A stretch of 64,000 bases of DNA, taken from IMG/VR virus record IMGVR_UViG_3300025735_000009, positions 13,615 to 77,614 of that record; one strand, given 5' to 3'. A program made the position numbers and the translations under genes. The stretch's first letter is position 1, and every line of letters begins with the position of its first letter. The notes under the pieces were generated by a model that was not told the origin of the DNA, did no database searches, and worked only from the letters and a program-made list of their open reading frames with translations. The DNA is from a virus (Duplodnaviria > Caudoviricetes). Of the stretch, positions 9,505 to 18,769 are shown piece after piece.

Positions 9505-9759
9505 TCACCTTGGGCATTCGCACGCCTCCTGGGCTTTCTGGTTGAGCGCATCAATCACCTCAGCCGCCTTGTCGTTGAGCTCTGCCATCAGCGTGCGGTG
9601 CATTGGGGTATCGATCAGGTTCTCAACGCGCAACGCCGCCAGCCAGCCCGAAGCGACACCGCGCCGATTGATGAAGTCGTGCAGGTCGCTGGAATCGCTC
9701 AGCTGCTCGATCTTGTTCCTGGCCGATTGCACGGTGCTGGCTTTGTTCATGGTGCTCAT
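9505..9759 (-). CDS. Phage hypothetical protein
   Basis: 84-aa ORF, same strand and spacing as neighbours. Confidence 0.65.
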   Translation of the reverse strand: MSTMNKASTVQSARNKIEQLSDSSDLHDFINRRGVASGWLAALRVENLIDTPMHRTLMAELNDKAAEVIDALNQKAQEACECPR

Positions 9760-9762
9760 AGG

Positions 9763-9960
9763 TCAGGGTTCTCGCTTGATCGTATGGCTGTAACGCACGC
9801 ACGGCGCGTGGATTACAAACTCGGCCGGCTCATCGCTCGCGGGTGCAGGGTTGGCCTGGGCCTCAGCGACTTTGGCGTCACAGTAGATAGCCAATGCCGC
9901 TACAGGGTTGGACGATGCCAATGCTTCCGCCAAGGCGACTTCGTAATCGGTTTCGCTCAT
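9763..9960 (-). CDS. Phage hypothetical protein
   Basis: ATG 9960 coupled to the upstream stop; AAAGG RBS. Confidence 0.55.
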   Translation of the reverse strand: MSETDYEVALAEALASSNPVAALAIYCDAKVAEAQANPAPASDEPAEFVIHAPCVRYSHTIKREP

Positions 9961-10313
9961 CCTTTCGGGCCCTCTTCGGCCGGCGCTGGGCTCAATTCGT
10001 CTTTCACCCAAAAACCGCCCTCTTTGCAGCTGTAGCAATGATCCGAGCCATTCCGGTGCTTGTAATCACCGTGGCAATCCGCGCACGCCTCCCAGCGATA
10101 GCTTGGGTTGGCCGGCAATGACGCGCCGTCGGGGTAATGGACCTGCAGGGCAATGCCACAGGCATCGCAAAAGCTCAGCCGCCGGTTATCCGGCGATTTC
10201 TCGCCTTTGTAGTCAATTCCATGCTGGGCCAGGCTAAGAACGCCATTGAGGGCGCTACACTTTGGGCAGTAGTAAATCCCGCGCATATCCGCATGAACAT
10301 CAATAACTTGCAT
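9957..10313 (-). CDS. Multi-CxxC zinc-binding protein
   Basis: CPKC, CDAC, CADC and CYSC motifs in 118 aa. Confidence 0.65.
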   Translation of the reverse strand: MQVIDVHADMRGIYYCPKCSALNGVLSLAQHGIDYKGEKSPDNRRLSFCDACGIALQVHYPDGASLPANPSYRWEACADCHGDYKHRNGSDHCYSCKEGGFWVKDELSPAPAEEGPKG

Positions 10314-10322
10314 GGCAGCCTC

Positions 10323-10730
10323 CTAGTCGATCAGGTAATGGCCCTTGTCGACCTCGTACTGCTTTTCCCGATCGTCAATCAGGTGGCGAAGGTCGGCCGC
10401 GGTGCCGTCGAAGTTGGCCAGGTCGGTGTCGCGCAGCTTTTCGAGCTCGCGCAGATTCTCGGCCGCCAGCTGCTTGCGCTTCTCGATCATGGTCCGGCAC
10501 GTCTCCATGAACACTGGGCAGCTTTCGGTATGTTCCCGGTACCAGCTGGCCAGGCGCATGAAGATGACCAGGTGCTGCTCGTCAAAGTTGCTCAGGCTGT
10601 CGCCGCGGAATTTCCAGGTGTTGCCGTTGTACATGGACAGCACGAAGGCCTGCAGGCTCAGTGCGGTCGAGTAGTTGGCACCGATCAGCTTGTCGCGATA
10701 AAGGGCGAAGGGGTTGTCGTTTGCGCTCAC
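10323..10730 (-). CDS. Phage/ICE-type hypothetical protein
   Basis: 135 aa; FVLSMYNG...SLSNFD pattern common in mobile-element hypotheticals. Confidence 0.65.
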   Translation of the reverse strand: MSANDNPFALYRDKLIGANYSTALSLQAFVLSMYNGNTWKFRGDSLSNFDEQHLVIFMRLASWYREHTESCPVFMETCRTMIEKRKQLAAENLRELEKLRDTDLANFDGTAADLRHLIDDREKQYEVDKGHYLID

Positions 10731-10770
10731 AGCTTGATTCCTTCAATGCGTGGGTAGTCAGTAGAGTGGT

Positions 10771-11025
10771 TTACTGCTCCAGCTCGAGCAGGCGAGCCGT
10801 TGCAACGTTCTCGATCAACACATACAGCCTTTCAACATCCGGCGCCGGTATCGCCTTGAGCAGCTCCAGCGCCTTGACCAGGCCCTCGGTACCGGCCTGC
10901 AGAATCAGGCAATTGACCGGCGTGTCAGCTTGCTCGATCCGCACCAGCTCTTTGCGAAGCTCGGCCTCGAGCACGGCCGGCATCACCAGGCCGCGAACCA
11001 GCGCACCACCCTCGCGCCAGCTCAT
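10771..11025 (-). CDS. Phage hypothetical protein
   Basis: ATG 11025 coupled to the upstream stop. Confidence 0.6.
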   Translation of the reverse strand: MSWREGGALVRGLVMPAVLEAELRKELVRIEQADTPVNCLILQAGTEGLVKALELLKAIPAPDVERLYVLIENVATARLLELEQ

Positions 11026-11282
11026 TTCGGGGTGTGCCTGATCAGATCGGGCAGGCGCTCCATCGCGCGGCGCAGCTCGTCCCACGGGTGACGGGCGAAG
11101 TCGCGCTGATTGCTGCAGCCGGCATGCGCATGCTCGAAGGGCAAGCCGGCATGAATGATGGACTGAAACGCCCCGCAGTCACGGCAGTGAATATCGGTGC
11201 GCACCAATTCCCAGGCCTCAGTGAACTTGCCCAGCTCTTCGGCCAGGCAGTCTTGGGCAAACTTGAAATCACGCTCACTCAT
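11022..11282 (-). CDS. Small CxxC/HxH zinc-binding protein
   Basis: 86 aa, HCRDCG...HAHAGC. Confidence 0.65.
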   Translation of the reverse strand: MSERDFKFAQDCLAEELGKFTEAWELVRTDIHCRDCGAFQSIIHAGLPFEHAHAGCSNQRDFARHPWDELRRAMERLPDLIRHTPK

Positions 11283-11554
11283 CGGCCAAGCCTCTTTTTG
11301 AATGACGCCGCCTTGTCTTTGTACAGGTGGGCCAGCTGGGCGCAGGCCGGCGCCGACACGGTGGCGGCATGGGCGATCGCGCGGCGCTTGGCTTCGGTCA
11401 GCCGCCCGATCGGCTCCCCGCTCTGTACCGCCACCGCGGCGTGCTGCAGGTCTTGCAGCCGTTCTTCGGCCGCTTTGGCAACATCCGGGGGCAGCCCCAT
11501 GGCGTCGATGCGCTCAAGGGCGCCGGCCAGTTCGGCATAGCTTCGCTGAATCAT
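11279..11554 (-). CDS. Phage hypothetical protein
   Basis: ATG 11554 coupled to the upstream stop; AAGGA RBS. Confidence 0.6.
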   Translation of the reverse strand: MIQRSYAELAGALERIDAMGLPPDVAKAAEERLQDLQHAAVAVQSGEPIGRLTEAKRRAIAHAATVSAPACAQLAHLYKDKAASFKKRLGR

Positions 11555-11796
11555 TGGTTGTCCTTGTCGTTGATAGCGGGCTTTACCGCAATCATTGCAC
11601 AGGGCGCGGCGTCGGTCATTTTGCGGCTGACTGCCTGGGCGTGGAGCACGATCTGATAGCCGGCGACCATGCCACAGACAAAGAGCGCACCAGCACACGC
11701 CAGCCGTAGCCAGAAACTTTCGGACAGGACCGCGGGGGTCAGGAGAAGCGCGAAGGCCAGCAGGGCAAGCTGCGCGCGCATAAGGTGCTTGAACAT
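11551..11796 (-). CDS. Small membrane protein (2 TM)
   Basis: Two hydrophobic stretches; first gene after the -10 TATACT promoter. Confidence 0.65.
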   Translation of the reverse strand: MFKHLMRAQLALLAFALLLTPAVLSESFWLRLACAGALFVCGMVAGYQIVLHAQAVSRKMTDAAPCAMIAVKPAINDKDNQ

Positions 11797-11848
11797 TGAG
11801 GCTCCGCGGCTACTGGAAAGCCCCGCCTGGGGTGGCGAGGCCTTCGCA

Positions 11849-11909
11849 GTATAAGCACTAACGCGCGTTCGCGCTATCGCGCCTTAGTGCTTTCGCGCGT
11901 TCGCGCTAT
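11849..11909 (-). promoter_or_regulatory. -10 TATACT with two CGCGCGTTCGCGCTAT copies (motif B cluster 1)
   Basis: Plus strand AGTATA 11849-11854; direct repeats at 11862-11877 and 11894-11909 (32-bp period). Confidence 0.7.
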
Positions 11910-12433
11910 TGAAGCCGCATCCCGTCGATCTCTTCGATACGGTCCACCAGGTCGGGGACCGCAGCCGCCAGCAGCATCAGTGCCCCCACCTTGCGTGGGT
12001 GGCCACCGCAGACAACGCCAGTGACGTCTTGCACCTCTATGGCGAGCTCCTTGATATGACTTAGGGGCTCCTGGCCATAGGTGCGCAGCGGGGCGTCGGG
12101 ATCGAACGTCAGCCGCATACGCGCCAGCTCATCCTGCAGCGCCTTTACATGGAGCTCAAGGGCGCTACCGAGGCGCTCGGAGGTGTCGTGGTGGCTCCAG
12201 TCCTGCTCAGACAGCACGTCATTGATACTGATCACGCTGGCCTGCAGCGCCTCGAGCTCTTCGATCACCGGCAAGGCTTCACGGCGCAACGCGGTAGCCA
12301 GCTGACGCAGGGTCATTGAGTCATCACCAGGTACCGGCGTGCGGGGATGGTCGAGCAGCGCGTCAGCGGCCAGGCGCACCAGCTGCACCAGGCGGGTTTC
12401 CCCATTGGGGGTGTGCGGGGCCTTTCTAGCCAT
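11906..12433 (-). CDS. Phage hypothetical protein
   Basis: GGAGG RBS 6 nt before ATG 12433. Confidence 0.65.
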   Translation of the reverse strand: MARKAPHTPNGETRLVQLVRLAADALLDHPRTPVPGDDSMTLRQLATALRREALPVIEELEALQASVISINDVLSEQDWSHHDTSERLGSALELHVKALQDELARMRLTFDPDAPLRTYGQEPLSHIKELAIEVQDVTGVVCGGHPRKVGALMLLAAAVPDLVDRIEEIDGMRLQ

Positions 12434-12472
12434 TGTCATCCTCCCGGTGCCCACAGGTACTGATAACGGCAC

Positions 12473-12778
12473 TCATGCTGTCACCCGCTCAGGCCGGAAC
12501 ACACAGCCGTCGTCGTTGAACTCGGCAATCACCTTGCCATCCTCGTCGAAGTACTTCGTATTCCAGCAGGGGTGGCAGTTGACGGGCCTGGGGCCACGGC
12601 GCATCTGGTTGGCAAAGGTAACGCCCAGGTTGGCGCCGATCATCTTGGTGATGGTACCGATATGGCCGTTTACCTCGACCTGCATGCCCAGGCGGGCGAA
12701 CTCGATACCGCGCAGGCGCTCCATTTCCTCAACGAACTGCTTTTGCTTGGGGGTCAATGCTGGTGTCTTGCTGGTCAT
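12473..12778 (-). CDS. Phage hypothetical protein
   Basis: FARLGMQVEV...ANL.V.F...NCHPCW pattern typical of phage hypotheticals; ATG 12778. Confidence 0.65.
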   Translation of the reverse strand: MTSKTPALTPKQKQFVEEMERLRGIEFARLGMQVEVNGHIGTITKMIGANLGVTFANQMRRGPRPVNCHPCWNTKYFDEDGKVIAEFNDDGCVFRPERVTA

Positions 12779-12800
12779 GGTCAAATTCCGGTTCAGGCGT

Positions 12801-13688
12801 TCAAAAAGAGTGGTCTTGTTCGGGCTCAGGCTCAGGGGCCGGAGCGTCGTTGTTCTGCAGGTAGTCCTGGGCCAGCTTGAGGCTGTAAATGGGAGCCAAC
12901 CCGTCGTTGATATAGCCGTCGGTAGTCCAGCGGTGCCGATGCGCCTCAAAGGTGCACCAGCCTTTGCGCGCGACGTACTTGTACGCCACCAGGAACAGGT
13001 CGCTCATCAGCTGGAAGTGCGTGGCGCCTATCCTCATGCTTTCGACCAGGGCCTCAGCATGGGACTGGTTGATGCCAACCGGCAGGGGCTGCCCCTGGTA
13101 TTCGATAGGGGGCGCCACATTGCGCGATTTCGCGTCGATCTGCATTTCCCGGAGGTTGCGCACCGGGCTCTTAGCAAAGCCCGCAGGATAATCGCTCTTG
13201 CAGTCTCTATCTGGCATACGGAACGCCTTGGGCTTGGTCAGCGGCCCATTGAACTCGTTGGGCGTGCGCTCGGCCGCCTTGGGAGCGGGAGCAGCTGACG
13301 GGGTGCTGGCGAGCTTCGGTGCCGGATCGGCCACCGGCTCAGTCACGGGCTCAGGCTCCGGTACCGCCTCGAGGACTGGCTCCGCTGCTGGCTGGACTGC
13401 AGGCGGGGCAACCGTCACCAGCTGGGGGCGCTGGCGGGGGCGGATGAGCTCAGGGCGTTCCTCCAAGGGGCGAAAGTCCGGCTCATCCTCGCCGTGGCGG
13501 ATGCTGGCCACCACGCGGCCCAGGTCGCTCTGGTCTTCCACCCAGGCCACCAGCGCCAGCCCGCGGGCCACCATCAGGTTGAGGTTGTCTTGACCGCAGC
13601 GGGCCATCAGGGCATCCAGCTTGCGCTTGCTCTCTTCGCCCATGGAGAAATTGAAGTCGTGCCGGATCGGCTTTTCGGCGGCGCTCAT
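12801..13688 (-). CDS. N-terminal ribbon-helix-helix (CopG-like) protein with Pro-rich linker
   Basis: HDFNFSMGEESKRKLDALMARCGQDNLNLMVARGLAL fits RHH; start ATG 13688. Confidence 0.55.
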   Translation of the reverse strand: MSAAEKPIRHDFNFSMGEESKRKLDALMARCGQDNLNLMVARGLALVAWVEDQSDLGRVVASIRHGEDEPDFRPLEERPELIRPRQRPQLVTVAPPAVQPAAEPVLEAVPEPEPVTEPVADPAPKLASTPSAAPAPKAAERTPNEFNGPLTKPKAFRMPDRDCKSDYPAGFAKSPVRNLREMQIDAKSRNVAPPIEYQGQPLPVGINQSHAEALVESMRIGATHFQLMSDLFLVAYKYVARKGWCTFEAHRHRWTTDGYINDGLAPIYSLKLAQDYLQNNDAPAPEPEPEQDHSF

Positions 13689-13767
13689 GCGGCCGCCTTG
13701 CCGGGCATTGCCGGCGCCAGCGAGCGCTGGCGGTGGTGGGTTGTGATTCGCATTTGGGTGCTTCCTG

Positions 13768-13845
13768 TATCTGGCTGATTGCCGGACCATAATACACTAA
13801 CGCGCGTTCGCGCCAACGTGTTTTCGCGCGAACGCGCGTTCGCGC
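13768..13845 (-). promoter_or_regulatory. Promoter with motif C (13768-13780), -10 TATTAT (13789-13794) and motif B cluster 2
   Basis: CGCGCGTTCGCGC at 13801-13813; perfect 20-bp palindrome GCGCGAACGCGCGTTCGCGC at 13826-13845. Confidence 0.75.
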
Positions 13846-13907
13846 CTTTTGCATTATGTATTATGACCCCAGCCGGAATACGCTGTAGGCCCCAGTTTGC
13901 GCACCGT

Positions 13908-14327
13908 CTAGCCGAAACAGCTCTGCTCAACCAGCACCTTGGGTACGTGTACAGTCTCGCCACGGTGCAGCAGCACTATTGCTCGGCAGATAGCCACCAG
14001 GATCGAGTCGCCACCGGCCAAGCGCATCAGCAACGGGCCGTTCTTGTACGCGACCGATCGCCATTTTTTACTGGTACCGTCCTGCAGCATGCCAAAGCTC
14101 TTGCAATGCTTGTCCGCCAGCGGGCCGCCGAGCATCCAGTCTTCCTGCGGGTTGTACCGATCGAAGCGATACGACACTAGGCCGCCCCGGCGGTAGTACA
14201 CGCGCCAATCGGTCAAGTACTCCCGCGGACCGTCCAGGTGCAGTTCAACACCCTCGACTTCGCCAACCGCCCAGGCCAGCGCCTCGCCAGACAGATCAGC
14301 CGCGGGGACCTCGATTAGATCGTTCAC
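13908..14327 (-). CDS. DUF2591 / phage ABA-sandwich-like protein (copy 2)
   Basis: DLSGEALAWAVG...YNPQEDWMLGGPL; paralogue of 6750..7169. Confidence 0.7.
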   Translation of the reverse strand: MNDLIEVPAADLSGEALAWAVGEVEGVELHLDGPREYLTDWRVYYRRGGLVSYRFDRYNPQEDWMLGGPLADKHCKSFGMLQDGTSKKWRSVAYKNGPLLMRLAGGDSILVAICRAIVLLHRGETVHVPKVLVEQSCFG

Positions 14328-14566
14328 GACGCCACCTGGTGATCGCGCATGAAATTAGCCATGTCGCCCATCTGCTGAACAATTGCCTCTTCCTCTGCAG
14401 CGACTGACAACGAGATTTTCCCCTTTCTTTTGATGCAGTGCCTGCAGTCAACGCGGGACCAATCGCCAGACAAGCTGCTGGCCTCGCCAAGCCAGGTTCC
14501 GCAGACGGCTTGCTCTTCGGAGTCATCCTGTGGATGGGCGGAGTAATGGGTCTTCATTGCACTCAC
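14324..14566 (-). CDS. Small zinc-binding phage protein
   Basis: H...CG...VDCRHC; coupled chain. Confidence 0.65.
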   Translation of the reverse strand: MSAMKTHYSAHPQDDSEEQAVCGTWLGEASSLSGDWSRVDCRHCIKRKGKISLSVAAEEEAIVQQMGDMANFMRDHQVAS

Positions 14567-15000
14567 CGCAGCACCTCATCAGACACGTCAAAGAAGCCCA
14601 GGCGTCCCTTGAGCGGGGTAAAAGGCAGCACCTCGGGGTTGCGCAGCATGAAACCCTTCTGGCCCATGTACCAAGGCGAATGAAAGGTCGCCTCCAGAGT
14701 TTCGACGCTGTCATACAGCTCGACCGACCCGATGATGCCGCCGCGCTGCAGGTCCTCGAACTCCGGGAAGTCAAACGGAGGCGTCAGCCCTCCAGACTCC
14801 ATACCCCACTGATAGGCGGACAGGTATTCATTGCGGGTCATGCCTTGGGCCGCGTGCACCAGGAACCGACCGCGAAACTTCGTGTGCCAGGTGCGGTTCT
14901 CCACGTCCTTAAAGTCGGCCCTGTAACGCTGCTCTGGGGTGGTCAGGTTCGGCCAGATGATCAGGTGTGCCCATGGCTGGCGGATGGATAGCGCTTTCAT
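14563..15000 (-). CDS. ASCH domain protein
   Basis: MKALSIRQPWAHLI...KDVENRTW.T..RG.FLVHA signature. Confidence 0.85.
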   Translation of the reverse strand: MKALSIRQPWAHLIIWPNLTTPEQRYRADFKDVENRTWHTKFRGRFLVHAAQGMTRNEYLSAYQWGMESGGLTPPFDFPEFEDLQRGGIIGSVELYDSVETLEATFHSPWYMGQKGFMLRNPEVLPFTPLKGRLGFFDVSDEVLR

Positions 15001-15422
15001 GCTGTGAACTTCCGGTTGAACCCCTGATGGCGCAGCGGTACCGCCGTAACAGGGGTTTTCAGTGCCTGTTCGAGGCTCATGCCCGCCCTCATGCGCCGGC
15101 GCACCGTTGAATCGCTCACACCATGCCTTTTGGCCAGCTCTACGATCGTGCCGCGAACACCATCAACTGTATGTGACCGGAGCTCACGCCGAGCGGCCAC
15201 CGCCTTCTGTGCAGCGGCGCGGAGCTTGGGCGTACAGACGCCCCGGCGCGCCTCGTTCGACAGCTGGCAATTCAGCGACTGACCCCGCTCAGGCCAGTCA
15301 ATCGCCGGCATTGCCTCAAGCATTGCGTAGAAGGTATCGCGACACAGGCCGAGCGCCTCAAGGACCATGGTTTTGGAGAAGCCACGGGCAGCGCAGTCCC
15401 TTATGAATTCCTCAGTTGTCAT
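14997..15422 (-). CDS. HTH-containing phage protein (copy 1)
   Basis: C-terminal TIVELAKRHGVSDSTVRRRMRAG HTH; ATG 15422 coupled to the upstream stop. Confidence 0.65.
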   Translation of the reverse strand: MTTEEFIRDCAARGFSKTMVLEALGLCRDTFYAMLEAMPAIDWPERGQSLNCQLSNEARRGVCTPKLRAAAQKAVAARRELRSHTVDGVRGTIVELAKRHGVSDSTVRRRMRAGMSLEQALKTPVTAVPLRHQGFNRKFTA

Positions 15423-16093
15423 TGAGCGCACCGAATGTTGGTTTCGATCACTTTGAATTCCACCACCCATACCCACGGGTTGGCGGTCCACATATACCCA
15501 GTGCGCATGGACTCCCACAGCATGTAGAAGGCCTCCCGCGCGCAGCTGGTGCTGCGCCCCTTGTACTCGTCGCCCTCGGTGATGACGTAACGGCGCTTGG
15601 CCTTGTCGTAGAACATGCCTTCGGCCGCGGCCTGCTCGGGGCTTATCGCCTGCAGCTGCTTGGCCTGCACGCTGACGATCTCCAGCACCAGGCGGGCGTA
15701 TTCCTCGGGCATGGTGTCCGCATCGTTCCACTGGGGACGGTAATGGGCCGGCGGTGCGGCTTTGTTGTGGTCCGCGATCCAGTCGCCATCTGCCAGGTAG
15801 GTCACCGCTGCGCCGTGCTTGTTCCACGGCTCCTGGACATACAGGCGATCGCCCGGCACCCCGTAAGGGCAGCGCCAAGCGGCTGGAACATCGCCCGGCA
15901 GGTCACCACCCTCATAAGGGACATGGCCTCGTGCCAGCCAAACGGGCTGCCCGTCAGGGTGGGGGGCCATGCTGACGTAGGTGTTGAACGGCTGCGGTGT
16001 CACCACCTCCCGGAAGGTCGTTTTACGACCATCCAGGGTGGCGGCCGCCATGCCGGCGGACATGACTACAGCCCGGATAGATCCGGCACTCAC
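15419..16093 (-). CDS. ASCH/PUA-like phage protein
   Basis: M..A.LDGRKT..R..., CPYG.PGDRLYVQE, W.ANPWVWVVEF motifs. Confidence 0.75.
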   Translation of the reverse strand: MSAGSIRAVVMSAGMAAATLDGRKTTFREVVTPQPFNTYVSMAPHPDGQPVWLARGHVPYEGGDLPGDVPAAWRCPYGVPGDRLYVQEPWNKHGAAVTYLADGDWIADHNKAAPPAHYRPQWNDADTMPEEYARLVLEIVSVQAKQLQAISPEQAAAEGMFYDKAKRRYVITEGDEYKGRSTSCAREAFYMLWESMRTGYMWTANPWVWVVEFKVIETNIRCAQ

Positions 16094-16422
16094 TGCAGCA
16101 CCTTGGAGCCAGGCAGAACGGGGGTGGTCAACGTTTTGAGGATGCGGTCGATGCTCTTTTGCGCTTCCTCCGGTGAAATGACTTTTTCGGTAACTTCTGG
16201 CCTGGCGGCGCCCTCGAGCGTGTCCAGCAGCAGTTCCAGACGGTGGGTGCGCTCCAGCTTTTCGATGATCGCGGAAACGATGAACCCATTCATGGAGCGG
16301 CTATCGAGCGCAGCAGCGGCAATCACACGTTCGCGCAGGCCATCTGGCAAGCGGGTCATGACTTTCTGTACGCCTTGGGATGCTTTGTCTTCATTGCTCA
16401 TTGGAAACTTCCTGTTCTTCAA
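16090..16422 (-). CDS. Arc-family ribbon-helix-helix regulator
   Basis: MTRLPDGLRERVIAAAALDSRSMNGFIVSAI. Confidence 0.8.
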   Translation of the reverse strand: MKNRKFPMSNEDKASQGVQKVMTRLPDGLRERVIAAAALDSRSMNGFIVSAIIEKLERTHRLELLLDTLEGAARPEVTEKVISPEEAQKSIDRILKTLTTPVLPGSKVLQ

Positions 16423-16457
16423 CTGAGAGGGTTGCGGGCGCTGGGCCCGCAGAGCCG

Positions 16458-16850
16458 TTATGCGGTGGCGACGCCGGGCTCGACGCCCAAGGCCTGTGCG
16501 AGGGTTTTGCCGCGGGCCATGAGCCGCTGCACCTTGGCGCGGCTCATGCCGGCCTGGGCGGCCAACTGGGGCATGGTTCCGTAGTACGGACCAACCTGGC
16601 GGGCATATCGTGCGCGGATGGTCGCCAGCCCCCGGGCACGCGCCGCCTTGATGGCCGGGTGGTCACGGTTGGCCTGGTTGGCCAGCTGGTTGCCGACGGA
16701 ACAACCCTGGCGCGGCCAGTCGACCGGCGCCATGGCATCCAGCAGAAGCTGAAACTTCGGCCGGCTCAGGCCCATGTGCTCACGCGTCATGGTCCGGGAC
16801 CAACCCTTGGCAGCGGCCTCACGGATGAACTTCTCGGTAGCGCAGCTCAT
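16458..16850 (-). CDS. HTH-containing phage protein (copy 2)
   Basis: Aligns by eye along its length with 14997..15422 (EKFIREAAAKGWSRTM vs EEFIRDCAARGFSKTM; DWP..G.S). Confidence 0.65.
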   Translation of the reverse strand: MSCATEKFIREAAAKGWSRTMTREHMGLSRPKFQLLLDAMAPVDWPRQGCSVGNQLANQANRDHPAIKAARARGLATIRARYARQVGPYYGTMPQLAAQAGMSRAKVQRLMARGKTLAQALGVEPGVATA

Positions 16851-17200
16851 TCGGTGGCCTCGGCTTTCTTCGCGCGGTGGGCCGCGGCCGCCTCGGGGGT
16901 GGCCAGGTCGAAGTGCTTCACTTCCTCACCGTCGGGCAGAATGATCGTCAAGGTGTGCATTTGCAGGCCGCCCAGCGTCAGGTCGCAGCCGACACCTTTG
17001 ACGAAGCGGCCAATGCACGACGTGCCCAGACGAAACTGCAGGTCTTCCATTTCTTCGCCAACGCCCGCGTCGAGGAAGTCACGACCGCTTTGCAGGGTCT
17101 TGCACTGAGGGCAGACAAACACAACGTCTTCCAGGTGAACCGCCTGGGCCTTGTACTCTTCCTGGAACTGCTCAATGGAGATCTCGCGACGGCCACTCAT
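16847..17200 (-). CDS. VVA0879-like zinc-binding protein
   Basis: FVCPQC.TLQS..DF...SCIGRF...GCD.TLGGL; ATG 17200 coupled to the upstream stop. Confidence 0.65.
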   Translation of the reverse strand: MSGRREISIEQFQEEYKAQAVHLEDVVFVCPQCKTLQSGRDFLDAGVGEEMEDLQFRLGTSCIGRFVKGVGCDLTLGGLQMHTLTIILPDGEEVKHFDLATPEAAAAHRAKKAEATE

Positions 17201-17841
17201 GCCACACGCTCGCTTTCTTCGGCAGCCATGACCGGCAGCAGACGCGCCGCCGCGCGGCAGGCCTCCAGCTGGTCTACTGGGTAGCCCCAGATGTTGCCCT
17301 TGCCATGGGTGCGTTCCATACCGATGTAATACATTTCGATGCGGATACCCTGCATCACGTAATCGCGCAGCATGCACACCAGGTCGCGCAGGGTGCCGCC
17401 GTGGCCAAAGCCTTGCCAGTCCCCGTTCCTGCGCAGCACCACCTTGTTGCCCGACTTCTCGTCGATCAGGTAGACGCCGCCGTCGTACACCAGGCGAGCG
17501 ATGCGCTCGTGCTTGGCGTTGAAGAAGAAGCACCGACCGTGCTGGGAAATGACCTCAATCAGCTGGTTGGCGTAGAAACACCGCAGCTGCTTGGCGAACT
17601 CGTGCCGGCCGGACTCGACCACTTTGCCATCGGTGAACACCTTGGCCAGGCGGGCGCAGAGCTCGGACATGGTGGCCATGGATTCAGTTTGGGCGTCAGG
17701 CCCTACGGGCAGCTCAGCTTTCAGGCCAGTGCGCAGGTGCTGCAGCACCAGAAGGTGGCCGGTTGCGGTCTTGCTCGAGGTCAGGGCGAAGCGCTCACGA
17801 TCGAGCATCCCGCTGACCCAGTCGATATTTTCATTGTGCAT
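17197..17841 (-). CDS. Phage hypothetical protein
   Basis: GF.HGGTLRDLV..LRDY motif; GAGG RBS before ATG 17841. Confidence 0.65.
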   Translation of the reverse strand: MHNENIDWVSGMLDRERFALTSSKTATGHLLVLQHLRTGLKAELPVGPDAQTESMATMSELCARLAKVFTDGKVVESGRHEFAKQLRCFYANQLIEVISQHGRCFFFNAKHERIARLVYDGGVYLIDEKSGNKVVLRRNGDWQGFGHGGTLRDLVCMLRDYVMQGIRIEMYYIGMERTHGKGNIWGYPVDQLEACRAAARLLPVMAAEESERVA

Positions 17842-18130
17842 AGCGCGTAGCCTCGAACATCCGTTTGTACTTGGTGATTGCCAGGACCCTAAAGCAGAGA
17901 ATCCTGGCGGCGTTGGCGCAGGCGAGGCGGTATCCCTCATCGCCTTTCTCGTGTCCGCTGCTCCCGAGCGTCATGACCCCGGTATCAGGGTGGTGGGCGA
18001 TCGCGGTAAAGCCGATCGCCTCCTTTCCATCCCTCTCCGCGGTACAGCTCACGGTGAAGACCATGACGCCCAAAGGGGTTTGAATGGCCTTGCGCTTGAG
18101 CTCGATATCGCTGGTATCCAGCAGCATCAC
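17831..18130 (-). CDS. Phage hypothetical protein
   Basis: 99-aa ORF coupled to the upstream stop. Confidence 0.6.
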   Translation of the reverse strand: MMLLDTSDIELKRKAIQTPLGVMVFTVSCTAERDGKEAIGFTAIAHHPDTGVMTLGSSGHEKGDEGYRLACANAARILCFRVLAITKYKRMFEATRYAQ

Positions 18131-18483
18131 GCCAACTCCGGCCGCACAGGGCGACCTATGTAGGGCTCCAGCCGCTTCGCGACCAGGTTGGCCAGCTCAA
18201 TCAACCCGCTCCTGGTGTTGCCCTTGGCCAAGCCGATCAAGCGGTTACCCTCGAGCGACTCCACCAGCAGCTCCAGGTTGCAGGCGGTGGGCTGGATGCC
18301 TTGGCCGGCCTTCAACGCTTCGGTGATCGCCTGGGCCGCATCGGCCCACTTCTCGGCGTCAAACCCCGCCGGCGGGTTGTACTCGTAGGTGTCCGCCAAC
18401 AGCTCGGCATTCCCCAAAAAGCGCATCCGGTCCGCGAGAAAGCCCGCGGCCATGGCGCTGAACACAATCGGTAGGTTGCGCAT
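18127..18483 (-). CDS. Phage hypothetical protein
   Basis: GAGG RBS, ATG 18483, immediately after motif C. Confidence 0.65.
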   Translation of the reverse strand: MRNLPIVFSAMAAGFLADRMRFLGNAELLADTYEYNPPAGFDAEKWADAAQAITEALKAGQGIQPTACNLELLVESLEGNRLIGLAKGNTRSGLIELANLVAKRLEPYIGRPVRPELA

Positions 18484-18491
18484 ATCTATAC

Positions 18492-18573
18492 CTCTGGCTG
18501 ATTTGCCCGGGCATTTTTGCACAAACGCGCGTTCGCGCCAACCTGTTTACGCGCGAAAGCGCGAACGCGCGTT
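18492..18573 (-). promoter_or_regulatory. Motif C (18492-18503) plus motif B cluster 3
   Basis: CGCGCGTTCGCGC at 18526-18538 and an inverted copy at 18559-18571. Confidence 0.7.
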
Positions 18574-18577
18574 TAAC

Positions 18578-18769
18578 CTACAACCCCCGATTGCCGCGCC
18601 CTGCACGGCTCGACCCATTGAGCGATCGCTGTCCGCTATCCAGTTTCCAGACGATGTACGCCCCACATGATGGGCAAATCTTCCGGTCGATCGAGGCGAG
18701 CAGTACCAGCCGGGTTTCCCCGCAAGCACAGGCCTTGGTGCTCGGCCGGGTGTCTTCGTTGGTCAGCAT
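18578..18769 (-). CDS. Small zinc-ribbon protein
   Basis: MLTNEDT..CACG...CPSCG; GGAGG RBS. Confidence 0.6.
   Translation of the reverse strand: MLTNEDTRPSTKACACGETRLVLLASIDRKICPSCGAYIVWKLDSGQRSLNGSSRAGRGNRGL

Noticed and set aside
8898-11025. Known anti-CBASS/anti-Thoeris/anti-CRISPR proteins (Acb2, Tad1/2, Acr-Aca) among the small early ORFs
   Set aside because: No ORF matches the motifs I remember for these families; unrecognised anti-defence functions remain possible and need profile searches.
9449-13753. Tiny coupled ORFs MPKVTVPETP... (9517-9449) and MRITTHHRQ... (13753-13685)
   Set aside because: 22 codons each and plausible as translational-coupling leaders, but there is too little evidence to call them genes.
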